From Octopus vulgaris (lineage: Eukaryota): DNA of 64,000 bases. The notes beneath the pieces are model-generated. The model made no database searches. It saw only the letters and a program-made list of their open reading frames with translations, and was not told the DNA's origin. The position numbers and the translations under genes are program-made. The DNA is taken from positions 154,504,001-154,568,000 of the forward strand of contig OX597816.1 of assembly GCA_951406725.2 (NCBI GenBank), read 5' to 3'. The first letter of the stretch is position 1, and each line of letters opens with the position of its first letter. Below are positions 1 to 13,624 of this stretch, one piece after another.

Positions 1-424
1 CCTATCAGACTATATATGTCTTATTCTACCAGACTGCACTAAAATCATTTTTTCAGTTTTTTTATTTTCTTTAGAATTAAAGCTTTTTGCTTCTCTTTCT
101 ATACATATTTCATCATCCAATCGCTAACCTGCAGCAGAAGAAAAATGGTTTATGTAGCAATATTATTGGTTTACCATCTCATACAGTTGAGGTTAAGTGA
201 ATGAGTGAATACAGAATTGAGACTGTATGATTATAAGCCATGAATTCAAATCAGTTGCAAGCATTTTATGTATGGACAGAATGCTTTATTCTGGGTTGCT
301 TCAGCTCACCTAGCTTTTGAAAAGAGGTACCATGTATCTGGAAATGTTACCTGTAATGGACTACTATCTTATCCTGGTGATATTTATCTCTCATGCATTT
401 AATGCCAATGAGATATGCATGGAT

Positions 425-575
425 AACTGTTTAAGATGTTTGAATCACAATTGCATATATCTGAGTTAGATCCCAGAGTGTGGCACCTTGGGCAAGTGTC
501 TTCTACCATAACCTTGGGTTTGTCAGTGTTTTGTGAGTGGAAGTTGGGAGGTGAAAACTATGCAAAAGCTCACTA
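425..575 (+). mobile_element. Degenerate tRNA-derived SINE (family B) 5' part
   Basis: gtggcaccttgggcaagtgtcttctac core shared with copies at 28230 and 61747. Confidence 0.65.
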
Positions 576-579
576 TATA

Positions 580-959
580 CACTTGCGTCAGAAATTAATT
601 AGCACTTCTCAAATTTCTACATTAAATAGGTTAAATCAATTAACCTATGAGCTGTTCAAAACGTCTTACGCGATGAGAAAACTTAGTATGGTGTGATTTC
701 GGTCCTTGCGAGGCGCTACCTATATCTATTAAACAAAGGAAGATTTGTCTGCATCCGCACTCCAAGTTGTTGTTGCACTGCTATGTCAACATCATAAGGC
801 TGTAGACTCTCAAACTGCTCTGCAAACAAAGTTACGTCATCGTTCTGCACAACAGTGAACTCGCAACAAAGCAATAGTTTGAGATATGGCCACTAGGTGA
901 CAGCACATACCTTGAGTGAAGAGCAAATCAAGGGTGCTAATTAATTTCTGACGGTAGTG
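580..959. mobile_element. Tc1/mariner-type MITE (~380 bp) inserted at the end of a SINE fragment
   Basis: TIRs cacttgcgtcagaaattaattagcac (580) and gtgctaattaatttctgacggtagtg (ends 959), flanked by TA on both sides. Confidence 0.8.
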
Positions 960-964
960 TATGT

Positions 965-1051
965 ATGAATATACATATATATGAATTTATGTTTGCATAC
1001 ATACCCACACACTCGCATGCATCCCTACCCACATACATACACGCACACCTA

Positions 1052-1087
<36 letters not shown>

Positions 1088-1402
1088 TACATACACACAC
1101 ATACCCACTTCAGACATACACACACACAGACATACACCCATACACCCACACTCACACGCACGCACACACACACACACACACACACCCACATACATACATT
1201 ACACTTGTATACGCACACACTTACATTCATACACACACACACCTACACAGCCATACCCTCACTCAGACACACACATCTACCTACACACACACAAACACAC
1301 ACACACACCCATACATAGATACATCTACACACTCACGCCTACACACATACATACACACATACATAAACACACACACATACACATACACACACATACGCAC
1401 AC

Positions 1403-1441
<39 letters not shown>

Positions 1442-1618
1442 TGCACGGACACACCCAGACATACATACATACACCTATATACACACGCCTACACACCTAC
1501 ATACACACACATATACACACGCCCACACAGCTACATACACACACATATACATACACACATACACGGACACACCCATACATACTTACATACATACACCTAT
1601 ACACACACGCCTACACAC

Positions 1619-1655
<37 letters not shown>

Positions 1656-1964
1656 CGCACATACACACACATATACGCACACACATATATATCCACACAC
1701 ATGCACACACACACACATACGCACATACATGCACGCATGCACACGCGCACACCTACACGCATACACACACACACACGCACGTACACATACATACATACAC
1801 ACACGCATACATACACCCATACACATACATGCATCCTACACACACATACATACACACTCACACATACTTACACACACACGCACTCACTCACACACCTGTA
1901 TGTTCGCGCACACACATGCACATACACACACTTCCCCACACCCACACTTACATACATACACACT

Positions 1965-1998
<34 letters not shown>

Positions 1999-2110
1999 CA
2001 TACATCTATGCACACACATATATACACACATACTCACATACATTCATCGGACACACTGCCACCCAGACATACACACAGACACACTCACACATCCACACGC
2101 ACACATACGT
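965..2110. repeat. Long degenerate (CA/TA)n microsatellite
   Basis: Over 1 kb of cacacata-type repeats; source of the HT/VC-rich pseudo-ORFs. Confidence 0.95.
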
Positions 2111-2960
2111 ACGCGCACACACGCGTTTGCGCCGGTTCGCGCACGCATGCGCCCACATGCACCTCGCCCTTGGACCCGACGAGACCTCCCGCCCGTTCCT
2201 GGGATGTCGCTTGTCGTTGGGTTTTCCCACGCCCGTCTCCGCGGGACCACTCTTCCATCTTCCCCTCCGCTGGAGTCCTTTTCCTAACCCCCCCCCCTTT
2301 TTTTTCGTTACACACACGCGCACACATATACACACATTGCTTAAACATATACATCACTCTTACACACATTCAATCTACTCGCCACTAATACTACCACGAC
2401 ACTGGACACACACACACACTACTACTCAACACACGCTGGCACGCTACATACGCCCCCACCCCTTCCCCTCCCTCCCTTCCTCCTTCCTCCCTTTTCTCAC
2501 TACTGACCTTTGTCTGCTATGCTGCTGCTATGCTGACCACCGTCTCGCCCTACCTCACACGCCTACACACAGACGCACACACTAACACATACATATATTT
2601 TTTGTTTTTTTACCTCGCCTCACACACACACATACACACACGCACACACTCACACATACACACACATCTGTTGCGTTACCAACCTTGTCTCCACTCTTTT
2701 GCCTTTAAAAACCCACTTTGCTCTTGTTATCGTAAACATCCGCCTTTCACCATGTGCTACTGCTAACACCAGCCGTTTTTTTCTCTATCTCCGTTGCCCG
2801 CTCCGGGATCTTTCTTTCTCTCTCTTCCTTCTTTATGTTTCCGACGAAGAGCTCCGCTCGAAACGTCATACCTCCCTGCTTCCATTTCCTGAGCGCCTAT
2901 TAATAATAATACTGTAATTGTTCCCTTGTTGTTGTTTTTTTGTTTCCCGTTTGGATTAAA
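2100..2960 (+). mobile_element. Penelope-like element 3' end/pseudo-LTR, CpG-rich, ending in (TA)n
   Basis: Hammerhead motif at 2837-2871 followed by ttcctgagcg...taatact...ttggatta. This tail is homologous to 29085-29189 (-) and similar to the end of the GIY-YIG-bearing copy at 18620-19432. Confidence 0.65.
2837..2871 (+). ncRNA. Minimal type I hammerhead ribozyme-like motif (PLE type)
   Basis: CCGACGA (U4C variant) + A + stem II GAGC/GCUC + GAAA + CGUC. Palindromic ACGU at stem III. Stem I gttt/atac pairs at 3 of 4 positions. Confidence 0.6.
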
Positions 2961-3097
2961 ATTATATATATATATATATATATATATCTTTAATGATAAT
3001 GAGTAAATATTGAGGAATGAATATTTATATAGATATTATTATTAATATCTTATAACTCCTCTTTCTAGAAGGTAGATGCTTTGTGCGCCCTTATGAT

Positions 3098-3137
<40 letters not shown>

Positions 3138-3139
3138 TA

Positions 3140-3225
3140 GAATAAGTCCTGGGGTCGATTTGCTCGACTAAAGGTGGCGCTCCAGCATGGCCACAGTCAA
3201 ATGACTGAAACAAATAAAAGAATAT
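3140..3225 (+). mobile_element. SINE family B 3' tail fragment
   Basis: ggggtcgatttgctcgactaaagg...ccagcatggccacagtcaaatgactgaaacaa, matching 29960-30050 (-). Confidence 0.7.
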
Positions 3226-3422
3226 ATATATATTTATTCATACATGCACACACACACGCATGTATATGTATATACCTATATATTTCTTGTTGGCCACTTA
3301 CTGTGTAGCAGTATCCTCAACATTTTACTATTGGTAAACACAATCACTGGAGTTAAAATTGCACAGATAACAAAAGAATATAATAGTGTCTTAATTAAAC
3401 TCTGTTACATACACACACGCAT

Positions 3423-3467
<45 letters not shown>

Positions 3468-4835
3468 ATTGTGTGTTTAAGTTTTTGTATTTATCTTTCA
3501 GAAAGAAAACCAATAAAATAGTGCTTTCAAATAAAAATTCCTTGTGTGATGTTTGTTCTTCTCTTACTGCTCTAAGTGCAGTTAACTAGTCATAGATCCT
3601 GTAACAAACAGGACTATTGTTCGAAAATTGCACCATAAAGTAATAAATAAATAAGCATTGGCATCATGTTACTTGTTATTTATTTTATTTATATGGAGAT
3701 TGTGTTTATTACTGTACAGATATCTTTATTGTATGTGCAGCCACAATGAAAATATTACATTCCGCTTAATAAGTTATGCTGAATTTTGTCCTTTTGATGG
3801 ACAACTCAATTAATTAATTTTCTTTAACCAAACACTCTGAAACTTTGGATACTGGTAGATTGTGTCGTATAGAACATCTGTTTTGCCAATAGTTAAAAGC
3901 AGTTAAGACTTTAAAGCTTTTTGGGATGTTGGAGAATTGCATGCTGTGCTATGAAAGTAAAGTCAAACTGAGGGTTCATACCTCTATTTCTATTTTAATG
4001 GTAGATGGATAAAACTTTTTGGAGATTAAGTTTCTCAGTCAAGGTTGTGACCACAGCTCCACACTTTTGATGAAATATGAAATTTTTAAGTACTTCCATT
4101 GGTGGGTTGACACTCCTCTTGCCTTGACCAGCTGTTGTTCTTGAATGGGGTTATGATTGACACTAATCTGTTTTATTTTGCAGCTGTAAATGCAAACAAA
4201 TAGGTATAGATGGGAGAAGTGTCTTATTTTCTACCCAGTTGTATAGAAATTTAAGATAAGAAACAATTAAGCCATATGAGTCATTGTGGTTTAAAAAGAG
4301 ATTAATGATTGTATGCAAGAAAGAGAGGTAGAAAACATAAATAACACACCTGCATAACTGAGTTTTGTCCTCCTCATCATTATCATCTTTGTCCATTATA
4401 GTGGATTTAAAAGTCTGTTTTTCCATGCTAGAATAAGCTAGATGAATCAGCATGCTGAGATCTCATCTTAATCACTCTGTCTTCTGCCAAAGATCCTTTC
4501 CATTACCAATACACAATACTTTTTTTACTCAGCAATTTCTCCATTTGTATTATATATATATCTATACAATCAATTATATTGAGAAGAATATTTCAGTTCT
4601 ACTAGGAAAAGCACACTCATGTACTCACACATGCACGTATGCATGCACACACGCGTACACATACACACACACACACACACATACACACTTTTACCCTTAA
4701 AGGGCATTTTGGCTGAAACTATCTCATTCAATATATTTTTCTGTTTCCAATATGGCTGGATATGATTTGAGGGAGATTTAGTTGCTATTTCTAGAAACTT
4801 GAGTGACCACATTAAGGTACCACTGTTGGCCACCA

Positions 4836-5162
4836 ATAACTGGTCCTCTGGCAGTTATAATGACAAATGTTCCAGTTGGTCTGATCAACAGAACAGCCTG
4901 CTCATGAAACTAATGTGCATGTGGCTGAGCACTCCATTGATACATATATCCTTAATGTAGTTCTTAGGGAGAGTTAGTGTGGCACAGAATGAATGTGACA
5001 AGGTTGGCCTTTTGAATTACAGGTACTACTCATTTTTACTAGCTGACAGGACTGAAGCATTTGTGAAATAAAGTGTCTTGCTCAAGGACAATGTACCACT
5101 GGGAACTGAACTTGCGACCTTCAATTGTGAGCTAAATACTCTAACCAGTAAACAATGTGCTT
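4836..5162 (-). mobile_element. tRNA-derived SINE (third family) with perfect 15-bp TSD
   Basis: Flanked by cactgttggccacca at 4821-4835 and 5163-5177. tRNA-like head on the minus strand and a cttgagcaagacact core. Confidence 0.75.
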
Positions 5163-5213
5163 CACTGTTGGCCACCATTAGTGATTAGTTGGTACTCTTT
5201 GGTCTCTGTTGAG

Positions 5214-5520
5214 CAGTGGTTCCCAAAGTGGGTGGTATTTCCCCCTGGGGTGGTGGGAAGTTCCAAGGGGGCATTGAAGAAAAGTGGAGCAATAATGGGG
5301 TAGTGATTTGTTTAGAAGTGGGGTGATAATGGGGCAGCAATTCTTGTAAAGACAACAAAATTATAGGTTCATTAGGTGAAGTTTTATTTGTGAAATACAG
5401 TTGCTTTGAATCTGCTTCAGAAAGAGGTCTATGTTTGTGATAGTTAGTTAGGGTGGGGGTGCTAGGAATTTGACCTGGGTATCAAGGAGGTGGCAGCCCG
5501 AAAGAGTTTGGGAGCCACTG
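5214..5520. mobile_element. hAT (Charlie-like) MITE
   Basis: TIRs cagtggttcccaaa / tttgggagccactg. 8-bp TSD ctgttgag vs ctattgag (7/8 match). Confidence 0.85.
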
Positions 5521-6464
5521 CTATTGAGTAACACCTGGAGCCATGGAAGTAGTTTATTTGAATATGTATAGATACTTCATAGATCTAGCAAAGTGGATAT
5601 GGCAAAGTAATATCTTGCAAGTATTAATGTCATGCTATTATATATTTTTTGCTTACTACTGCTGTCATCATCATCATCATTCATAATCATTAAGACTTGT
5701 GTCAGTGAGAGAACTCTATATGGTCATTTGACCTACAAGAAATGACGGCTAAATCTTCCTGAGTCTTAAAGAATGTGACATGGAATTGTTTTAGATAAAT
5801 TACAAGAAATACAGATGGACTGGTCATAGCTGGAATATCTTTAACCATAAGTCTGTTTATTGGTTGATCAAAACAACAAGAACATTATAATATTGTAACT
5901 ACTATCACTGTTGCTACTGTCATCTATTCATTTATCAACTGTAACATCTTCATTATCACCACCACTGCCAGAAGAGACTATGGCTATATTCACTTTGACT
6001 ATCATCTTCATCAACTTCATCTTTGATAACATCAGTATCATTGTCATAACCATATTCTTACGATGGCTACTGCTATGAACAACTATCATCATCATCGCCA
6101 TCATTGTTGTCATCATCAGCATCATTATCATCACTGTCATTGTCAGAATCACTAAATTACAATCATCATTGCATAATGATTGTATAACCCTCAATGTCAA
6201 CAATTGTCATTATGAATCAACAAAGCATCCCCTACTTGGTTCATTGATCTGCTAGAAATAGCAGTCCATTTCCCCTCAAATCACCTTCCTGCTATCTTAA
6301 TGACATAGGGAACAATGCAGTCATTGCAAAGTTCACCAAAACCATGTACAGCAGAAATAGAACCGAGCATCAAAGAACTAAACTTGAAAATATAAAAAAA
6401 TATTAGAAAAACAGAAAGCTGTCAAACATTTGTATGTAACATAAACTGGAAAAGTGAAACAAGT

Positions 6465-6895
6465 CTGGTAGTGTGTTTAAGAAACTTGCTTTCTAAACAT
6501 GTGGTGCTTGGTTCAGTCTCACCAGACAGCACTTTTGATAAATGTCTTCAACTATAGCTCCAGGCTCGTGAAAGCCTTATCAGTGGATTTGGTAGACAGA
6601 CACTGAAAGAAACCCATCATGCGTGCATGCATGTGTGTGTGAGTGTGTGTGTGTATGTTCTTTTTGTGCACCTTTGTCTTGACATCACGTGATGGCTGTA
6701 AATGAGCATCACCATCATACAATTGAAATTATTAATTTTCAGTATTTTGTGAAAAACATGTCTAACTCTGGAGAAAATATATTACCTGCTTGGAAACAGG
6801 TGAGGGTTGGCAGTAGGCCATAGAAAAAGAACCTACCTCAATAAATTCCATCTGACCTATGCAAGCATTGGCAAAGTGGACATTAAATGATGATC
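6465..6895 (+). mobile_element. SINE family B variant with RTE-like 3' tail
   Basis: ggttcagtc...gtggatttggtagac...ctgaaagaa head; ends gtggacattaaatgatgat. Confidence 0.7.
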
Positions 6896-8647
6896 AAAAC
6901 ACTATATTCAGTAATTAGTATCATTCATGATAACATTGGCCACTCTAGACTCTGTGTCATATAGTTGAGAAGCAAGCTGCTTTACCACAAAGCCATGCCT
7001 GCACCCAACATAGAAAAACCTATACTCATAAAAATAACTGCAACATCAGTAGCCTCACTAGTCCCGAACACTGTGTTGAGATATGCACTACTGACAAGTT
7101 CAGAGAAACAGCAACTGTTGTGTTCTATCCAGGCCCACCTTGCTCACTTTTTACTTTGTCCACCATCAGAATCTACAGGTGCACAGAAAAGACTGGACAG
7201 TGGAGAGAAAGGAAGAACATATTCAGACTGTCATACAGCATCCACTGTGATTCCTCACTGCATGCCAGTGTGTGTTTTAGGATATTCAGGTGGATGCATG
7301 TTATAATGGGTAAGGTGAAAGTGTGGCTTCTGCCTCATTATTTGTCTTTGTACCATAGGACTAGTATATTAGAACAACAGCAACCATCATTATCTTTGTT
7401 ATTAATCATCTTTGTAGTATTCACCACCATCACTCGCCTCTTTGACCACCACTTCACACTGTAGCTCCTGGTATCTGTGTGAAGCCATGACATATCATTT
7501 TCTAGATCCTAGGCAAAGTCACCATTTTATAATTATTAGTTCAGCTGTGAGTGACTAATATTTAATTCTCCACTTGTATTGAAGCATAAACTTATAATTA
7601 AGTGGAGAATAAATACTTAATAGAATGAAAAAATATTTGATTACTAAAAATTATACCCAAAATGACAAGAAAAATCATTGGTGTTAATGATAATTTATGT
7701 CAAAAGTCAAGGAAGATAACTCTGATGTTTATATTGATTAAAAATTGAATGAGAGCAAGCAGTGGGTGTGTGTTTGGTAAGAATGATGACAATTCCAGAC
7801 CTGGTTTGGTTTTAGACTTCCTCAACAAAGCAATACCTTACTCATAATTACTAGGCTATAGAATAACTCAAGAACTTTTTTGTGTTCCAGGGTACAAGGT
7901 AGCTTCTTTAATGCTGGTGCCATGATAAATGCACTCAGTACACTCTGGTTGGCAGATGAGTAGAGACAGCATAGGGTTGAGTAGAGCAAACGTTTTAGTT
8001 ATTGGTGGAATGTTTAAATGCACCCAGTATACTCTGTAAAAGTGGCTGGTGTTAGGAAGGTATCCAGTCATTGAAAACCTATCCAAAAATGAAATATATA
8101 TGGGTGATATATGGTCTCCTGACCCATTCAGTAGGGGTCTGTAACTCTGAATAGGAACTGACTTCTACTTTGACAACTCATTCAATACATGCTAGCATGG
8201 ATAATTGGTGCTTACACTACACCTACCATGTGTCTTCAAAAGGTAAAAAAAATTTATAAAAACATTGATATATCGTTGTTGCAGGGCATGTAATACCCTA
8301 ACTTCTTCATTGATGATAATCACTCTTGAGAGCCATGAACCACATTCTATCAAGGATAGGGATAGATAGTGCTCGTTAGTTGAGGTAGTGGTGGGGTGCT
8401 ATCTATTTCCATTGTAGGTGAGACCAAGAAGACAGACTAGGCAGTTAGTTTTAAGATAGCTTTCAAGAGATTGGATTTCTGGCAGTCTCCTGCAGTTTTG
8501 AGGAAGTGACTGTCATCTTTGGCCACTCTTCATGCTCAATATAACTCCTTCCTAGCAAAGATAGTGATGCTGGGTAATGCACGCCGTCAACTCCATTATA
8601 AAGTGTGTATGTATGTATGTATATATCATAATAATAATAATAATATA

Positions 8648-8692
<45 letters not shown>

Positions 8693-8759
8693 CATACGTA
8701 TATGTACATACTTACATCTATACATATATATATATGCATATGTGGGCACAGGACATCAC

Positions 8760-8804
<45 letters not shown>

Positions 8805-9044
8805 ATTTATTAAATAAAGCATATTACTCTACCCCTGGTATTTGAGTACTCTTTTTTTCCACCTTGTTTCACATTTATGTGTTTACTCCGGTATATATAT
8901 ATATATAGATAGATAGATAGATAGAAAAGAAGTGTATTTCTATGCAAGAAAAAATATAGGAGAATTTGATTTGGGGTTTGAAAATGCACCTGAATCTCAA
9001 AACGTGTAGCTATATTATATAATTTCAAACCCCAAAACAAATTC

Positions 9045-9098
<54 letters not shown>

Positions 9099-10638
9099 AC
9101 ACTTTTTAGCTTACATCCAATAAATTTCACTGGACATTAGTCGAACCAAGTGTAAGGTAGACTTGACTTAAGTTGTCATTGCTCAGTAGGATCAAAGCCA
9201 AAGCTTATGTTTGTGAAATGACTTTCTTAGCCTTGCAGCTATTGTCAAATCTAACACATTTCTTTTATACTCATTTCTGTTGCTCTATGTACTCAATTCT
9301 ATTGCTTTCTGATAAAATCTTCCCCAATATTTTTTCTTTGTTTTATCTCACTTTTATTTTTTGATTGGGGTAAGTTTCTTTTTCTTCTTTTTTTCATGTG
9401 ATTAAAAAACAACAAACAAATAGTTTTGTAAGTTATTTAGTCAATGTATTTCTGTACAAGCAGAAACATGTATTTCCCCAAGATGTTATCTATAAATTGT
9501 TTTGGCAACTGTTGCTTTGGAACAACTGATCTTTGTCAGTGCAATTAATTTTCTTTCTTTATATAGTTATTTTCACTTTGACTAATATTGTTGTTTTATT
9601 ATATTTTGTATTTGTAATCCTGAGGAAGAAGAGTAGCACCTATAGCTTTCTTGAGGATTTTTGATAATTGGGTAAAGTCAGTGCAACTAATGTGTAATTT
9701 GAATTGTTTCCAGGTTACTGGCTTCAGAGGAGTGGTTTTGAGTTATCAGAAAAGTACACATGAGAAAAACGTATTTAGATAAGGGGTTGGTACTAACAGG
9801 TGAAAGGTGTTATGAACAGAAGGAGAGAGTGTATGCAGCATGTTTCAGATATTAGCAATTTTTGAACAACACCTACAGCAGTTACTGTTGAAGTTAAAGG
9901 AGGACACAGCCCAACTTTAAGCTAATGCCTTGAGAATGCTTTTATAAAAAGGAACCTTCCCTCACATGACCTTTCAATAAACTTTAAATATTTTCTCCCC
10001 TCATGACAAATGAACATACTCCATATTTTGATTTTAATGTATTGACTTTTCAAAAGTAGATAACTATTAGTTTCTTCGCATTCAAGTGGTTATATATGAT
10101 TACCTCTGGTGGTCAGCTTTTTCTTCACTACAATCAATCTGGTGCGTGTATATATGTGGTGGATAATTCTCTATATAAAAGCTTACTGCATTGTGGAATA
10201 AATTTGTGCCTCTTAAACAGAAAAGTGTCTTTCTGCAACCAGTTCATCCTCTCATTTTAACTTGTTTATACTATTTAATATGTTTTCACTTTAGATTCCT
10301 TTAAATTTCTAGTTATAGTTTATTACTAGATAGAGAGAACTTTTCATTATCCACATCTTGATGTACATAACTTATAATTTTGTTTACTTCACTTGGCTGA
10401 CAAACAGACAGGGTTCACTTTTATGTCACAGTTGTGTGGTTATTGGTAAGAAGCAAATCCAACTTTTAAAAGATAACATAACTTTTTAAGTAAAAGTATA
10501 TCCCATTCATACTAACATGAAACAGTAAATAAATCTAAGAAAATGAAAAATCCTATATTGTGATGTAATACAATGTTTAATTATATTACTTTCTTGAAAA
10601 ATATATTACTGAAATATTTTTATTTTCATCTGTTTCAG

Positions 10639-10663
10639 AGAGAAGGACATTGAGTTAATTAAG
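10639..10663 (+). CDS. ITPK1: ITPK1 internal coding exon (25 nt), (R)EKDIELIK
   Basis: tgtttcag|AGAGAAGGACATTGAGTTAATTAAG|gtaagg. Phase 2 start and phase 0 end, in frame with the next exon. Corresponds to human RKRGMEVVQ, which from recall is also a 25-nt exon. Confidence 0.85.
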
Positions 10664-11149
10664 GTAAGGTTAATATTTTAATACATACATAGATGTAATT
10701 AAGGTAAGGTTTACATTTTAATACATATACAAATATAGATTTGTAGTGTAATATATGGATTCATTGAATCATGTGACTATCACAGAAAGCTCTTCTAGCA
10801 GACCCAGCTAGCAGACTACATAGTAATCCAATACAGAGGAGTATAATGCAGAATTCTATGCAGCTGAAATCCTGGAGATCCAATTGATGAAATAATTTCA
10901 TGATGCATATATAAACCATAAAAAGTCAGGAGATATGAGAAGTGAATATATTTATTTAACCATTTGTCATCCTTAGGGTCATGGCCATTTCCCAGCCTCC
11001 ATTATGTGATAAAAGTTTCAGTGTATGATAAATTATCGTACATGTCTGCACTAATATGCATGCTACATATCATACAATGCAATTGTACATTTACAGATCA
11101 GTGCAGATAAAGAAAGCACATTCACCAGATCACTAGAACATGATGGTTA

Positions 11150-11350
11150 CACCAATGGCTTCAACTCTATTATTTAAGTCTTTACATTCTGGGTTCAAAT
11201 TCCACTGAGGTCAACTTTGCCTTTCATCCTTTTGGAGTCGATAAATTAAGTACCACTGAAACACTGGGGTCAATGTAATTGACTAATCTCTCTCTTAAAA
11301 TTTCAGGCCTTGTACTTTTAGTAGAAAGGATTATTATTATTATTATCATC
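11150..11350 (+). mobile_element. SINE family A copy
   Basis: ttctgggttcaaattccactgaggtcaactttgcctttcatccttttggagtcgataaattaagtacc core and (ATT)n tail. Confidence 0.8.
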
Positions 11351-11379
11351 ATTTACTTTTAATCTGCATGTTTGTTACA

Positions 11380-13624
11380 ATTACTAGTGTTTCGGATTGC
11401 AAGACAGTGTGTGAGAGAAAATTGTGATGTCATAAGAGAGAAATGTGTCCATATGGATGATGGTGCACTTGCATGTAATGATTCTGCAAAGAAAGAGGCT
11501 TAGAAATGCCATTATGGAAGATGCTGAACATAGAGAATGAGTGGGGGAGGAGGAGTCTGCCCAATGTTGACCCAATTGGGGACTGGTTATCCAAATCAAC
11601 AGTTCCACGGTAGATAAAGCTATTTGCGATATGAAGACAGGAAAAGCCCCCCAGCCCATCAGGAATCTCTGCTGAGATGTTTAAAATATCTGGTGGTGTG
11701 GGTTATGGTCTAGTTACCCATATTGTAAATCAGGTGGTTCACAAAGGTGTCATACCCAATGACTGGTGTAGCAGCACCATAGTTAACTGCTACAAAGGTA
11801 AAGGTGTTACCTAAGACAAAAATAATTACAGAGGTATCAAATGCTGGATCAGGTGATGAAAGTTACAGAGAGCGCCATAGCCCAACTAATTAGGGAGAGA
11901 GTTAGCTTAGATGAGATGCAATTTAGTTTTGTGCCAGGGAGAAACACCACTGATGTTATATTTCTGGCGAGGCAGCTGCAGGAGAAATACATAGCCAAAG
12001 ATAAACCTCTGTACTTGGAGAAAGCTTTTGACAGGGTCCCCCAGTCCATTATCTGGTGGCCAATGCAGAAACTAGTGATAGATGAGTGGTTGTTGAGAGC
12101 TGTACAAGCTATGTACAGGGATGCTACCAGTAAGGTGAGGATTGGCAATGAGTACAGTGAAGAATTCAGGGTACAAGTAGGGGTTCACCAAGGATTGGTT
12201 CTCAGCCTCCTCTTGTTCATCATAGCCCTCCAGGCAATAACAGGAATTCAAGTCAGGCTGCCTCTGGGAGCTCCTTTATGCTGATGACCTTGCTCTTATA
12301 GCTGAATCACAACCTGAACTAGAGAAGTTCCAGGTATGGAAGCAAAGGTCTAGAATCAAAGGGCCTTAGAATTAACCTAGCAAAAACCAAAGTCATAGTA
12401 AGTAGGAAGGCAGACAAATTTCAAATCCCTTCAGGTAGATAGCTCTGCACAATCTGTAGAAAAGGTGTAGGTAGAAACTCCATAAGATGCACCCAGTGTA
12501 AGCTGAGGACATAAACAGTACAGCAATATCAGAGGAAGGTTAATAGGGAAACTAGTTTTTGTATGTGGAAGATGCACAGGTACAATAAATGCTGAAAATG
12601 GGTAAAAAATAGACTCCATCAACTGAAGGGTGGGGGTGGAGCTAGAGGTAGTAGATAGCTTCCATTATCTAGGTGACCAAGTTAGTAGTGGAGGTGGATG
12701 CTCCGAGAGTGTAGCTGTGAGAATAAGATTAGGCTGGGCAAAGTTCAGAGAGCTCTTACCAATGCTGGCAGCAAAAGGCCTCTCTCTCAGAGTGAAAGGC
12801 AGATTGTTTGATGCCTGTGTGCAAACAGCTATACTGCATGGCGGTGAAACATGGGCTGTGACATGGGCTCAAAATGAAGCCAGTATGCTTTGCTGGATGT
12901 GCAATATAAGTGCATGTTCAACAGTGTAAGCATCTTGAGAGAAAAGTTAGGCATAAGAGGCATCAGATGTGGTGTGTAAGAGAGACGACTATGCTGGTAT
13001 GGTCATGTGATGCATATGGATGAAGACATCTATGTAAAGAAGTGCTGATCCCTAACTGTGGAGGGAACCTGTGGTAGAGGTAGACCCAAGAAGACAAGGA
13101 ACGAGGTGGTGAAGTATGATCTTCGAACTTTGAGCCTCACAGAAGCAATGACAAGTGACTGAGACCTTTGGTGATATGCTGTACTTGAGAGGACCCATGA
13201 AGCCAAGTGTACCCACACTGTTGGCATGTAAAGAATACCTTCTGAGCATTAGACCGTATGGAGGCAAAGTGTCCAAGTTCCTTTCAAGTGTTGGGCCTCA
13301 TGGAGGTAATGTGGCTGAGTTCTGTTCGAGTGTTGGGCCTCATGGAAGTAATGACTGAGACCTTTGGTATTACGTCGTGCTTGAGAAGGAGACCCATCAA
13401 GCTGAGCAACATTGCATTCGTGGCAGATACCAGTGTCATGCAAATTGGAACCTGTGTCGGTGGCACATAAAAACATCTATTACACTCTGAGTGGTTGGCA
13501 TAAGGAAGGGCATCCAGCTATAGAAAACCATGCCAAATCAGACTGGAGTCTGGTGCAACCCTCCAGCATGCCAGACTGGTCAATCTGTACAACCCATGCC
13601 AGTATGGACAACGGATGTTAAATG

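Noticed and set aside
981-2585. 534-aa His/Thr-rich ORF and overlapping VC-rich ORFs
   Set aside because: Translation of a (CA)n microsatellite that is open in several frames on both strands, with no domain content.
9713-9763. GYWLQRSGFELSEK peptide resembling the ITPK1 N-terminal GYWLSEKK
   Set aside because: It runs into a stop, has no start codon or suitable phase-2 donor and lacks the rest of the motif. Probably coincidence; the real first coding exon seems to be upstream of the window.
11841-12929. RT ORFs as an active LINE
   Set aside because: Multiple stops and frameshifts and 5' truncation; inactive remnant.
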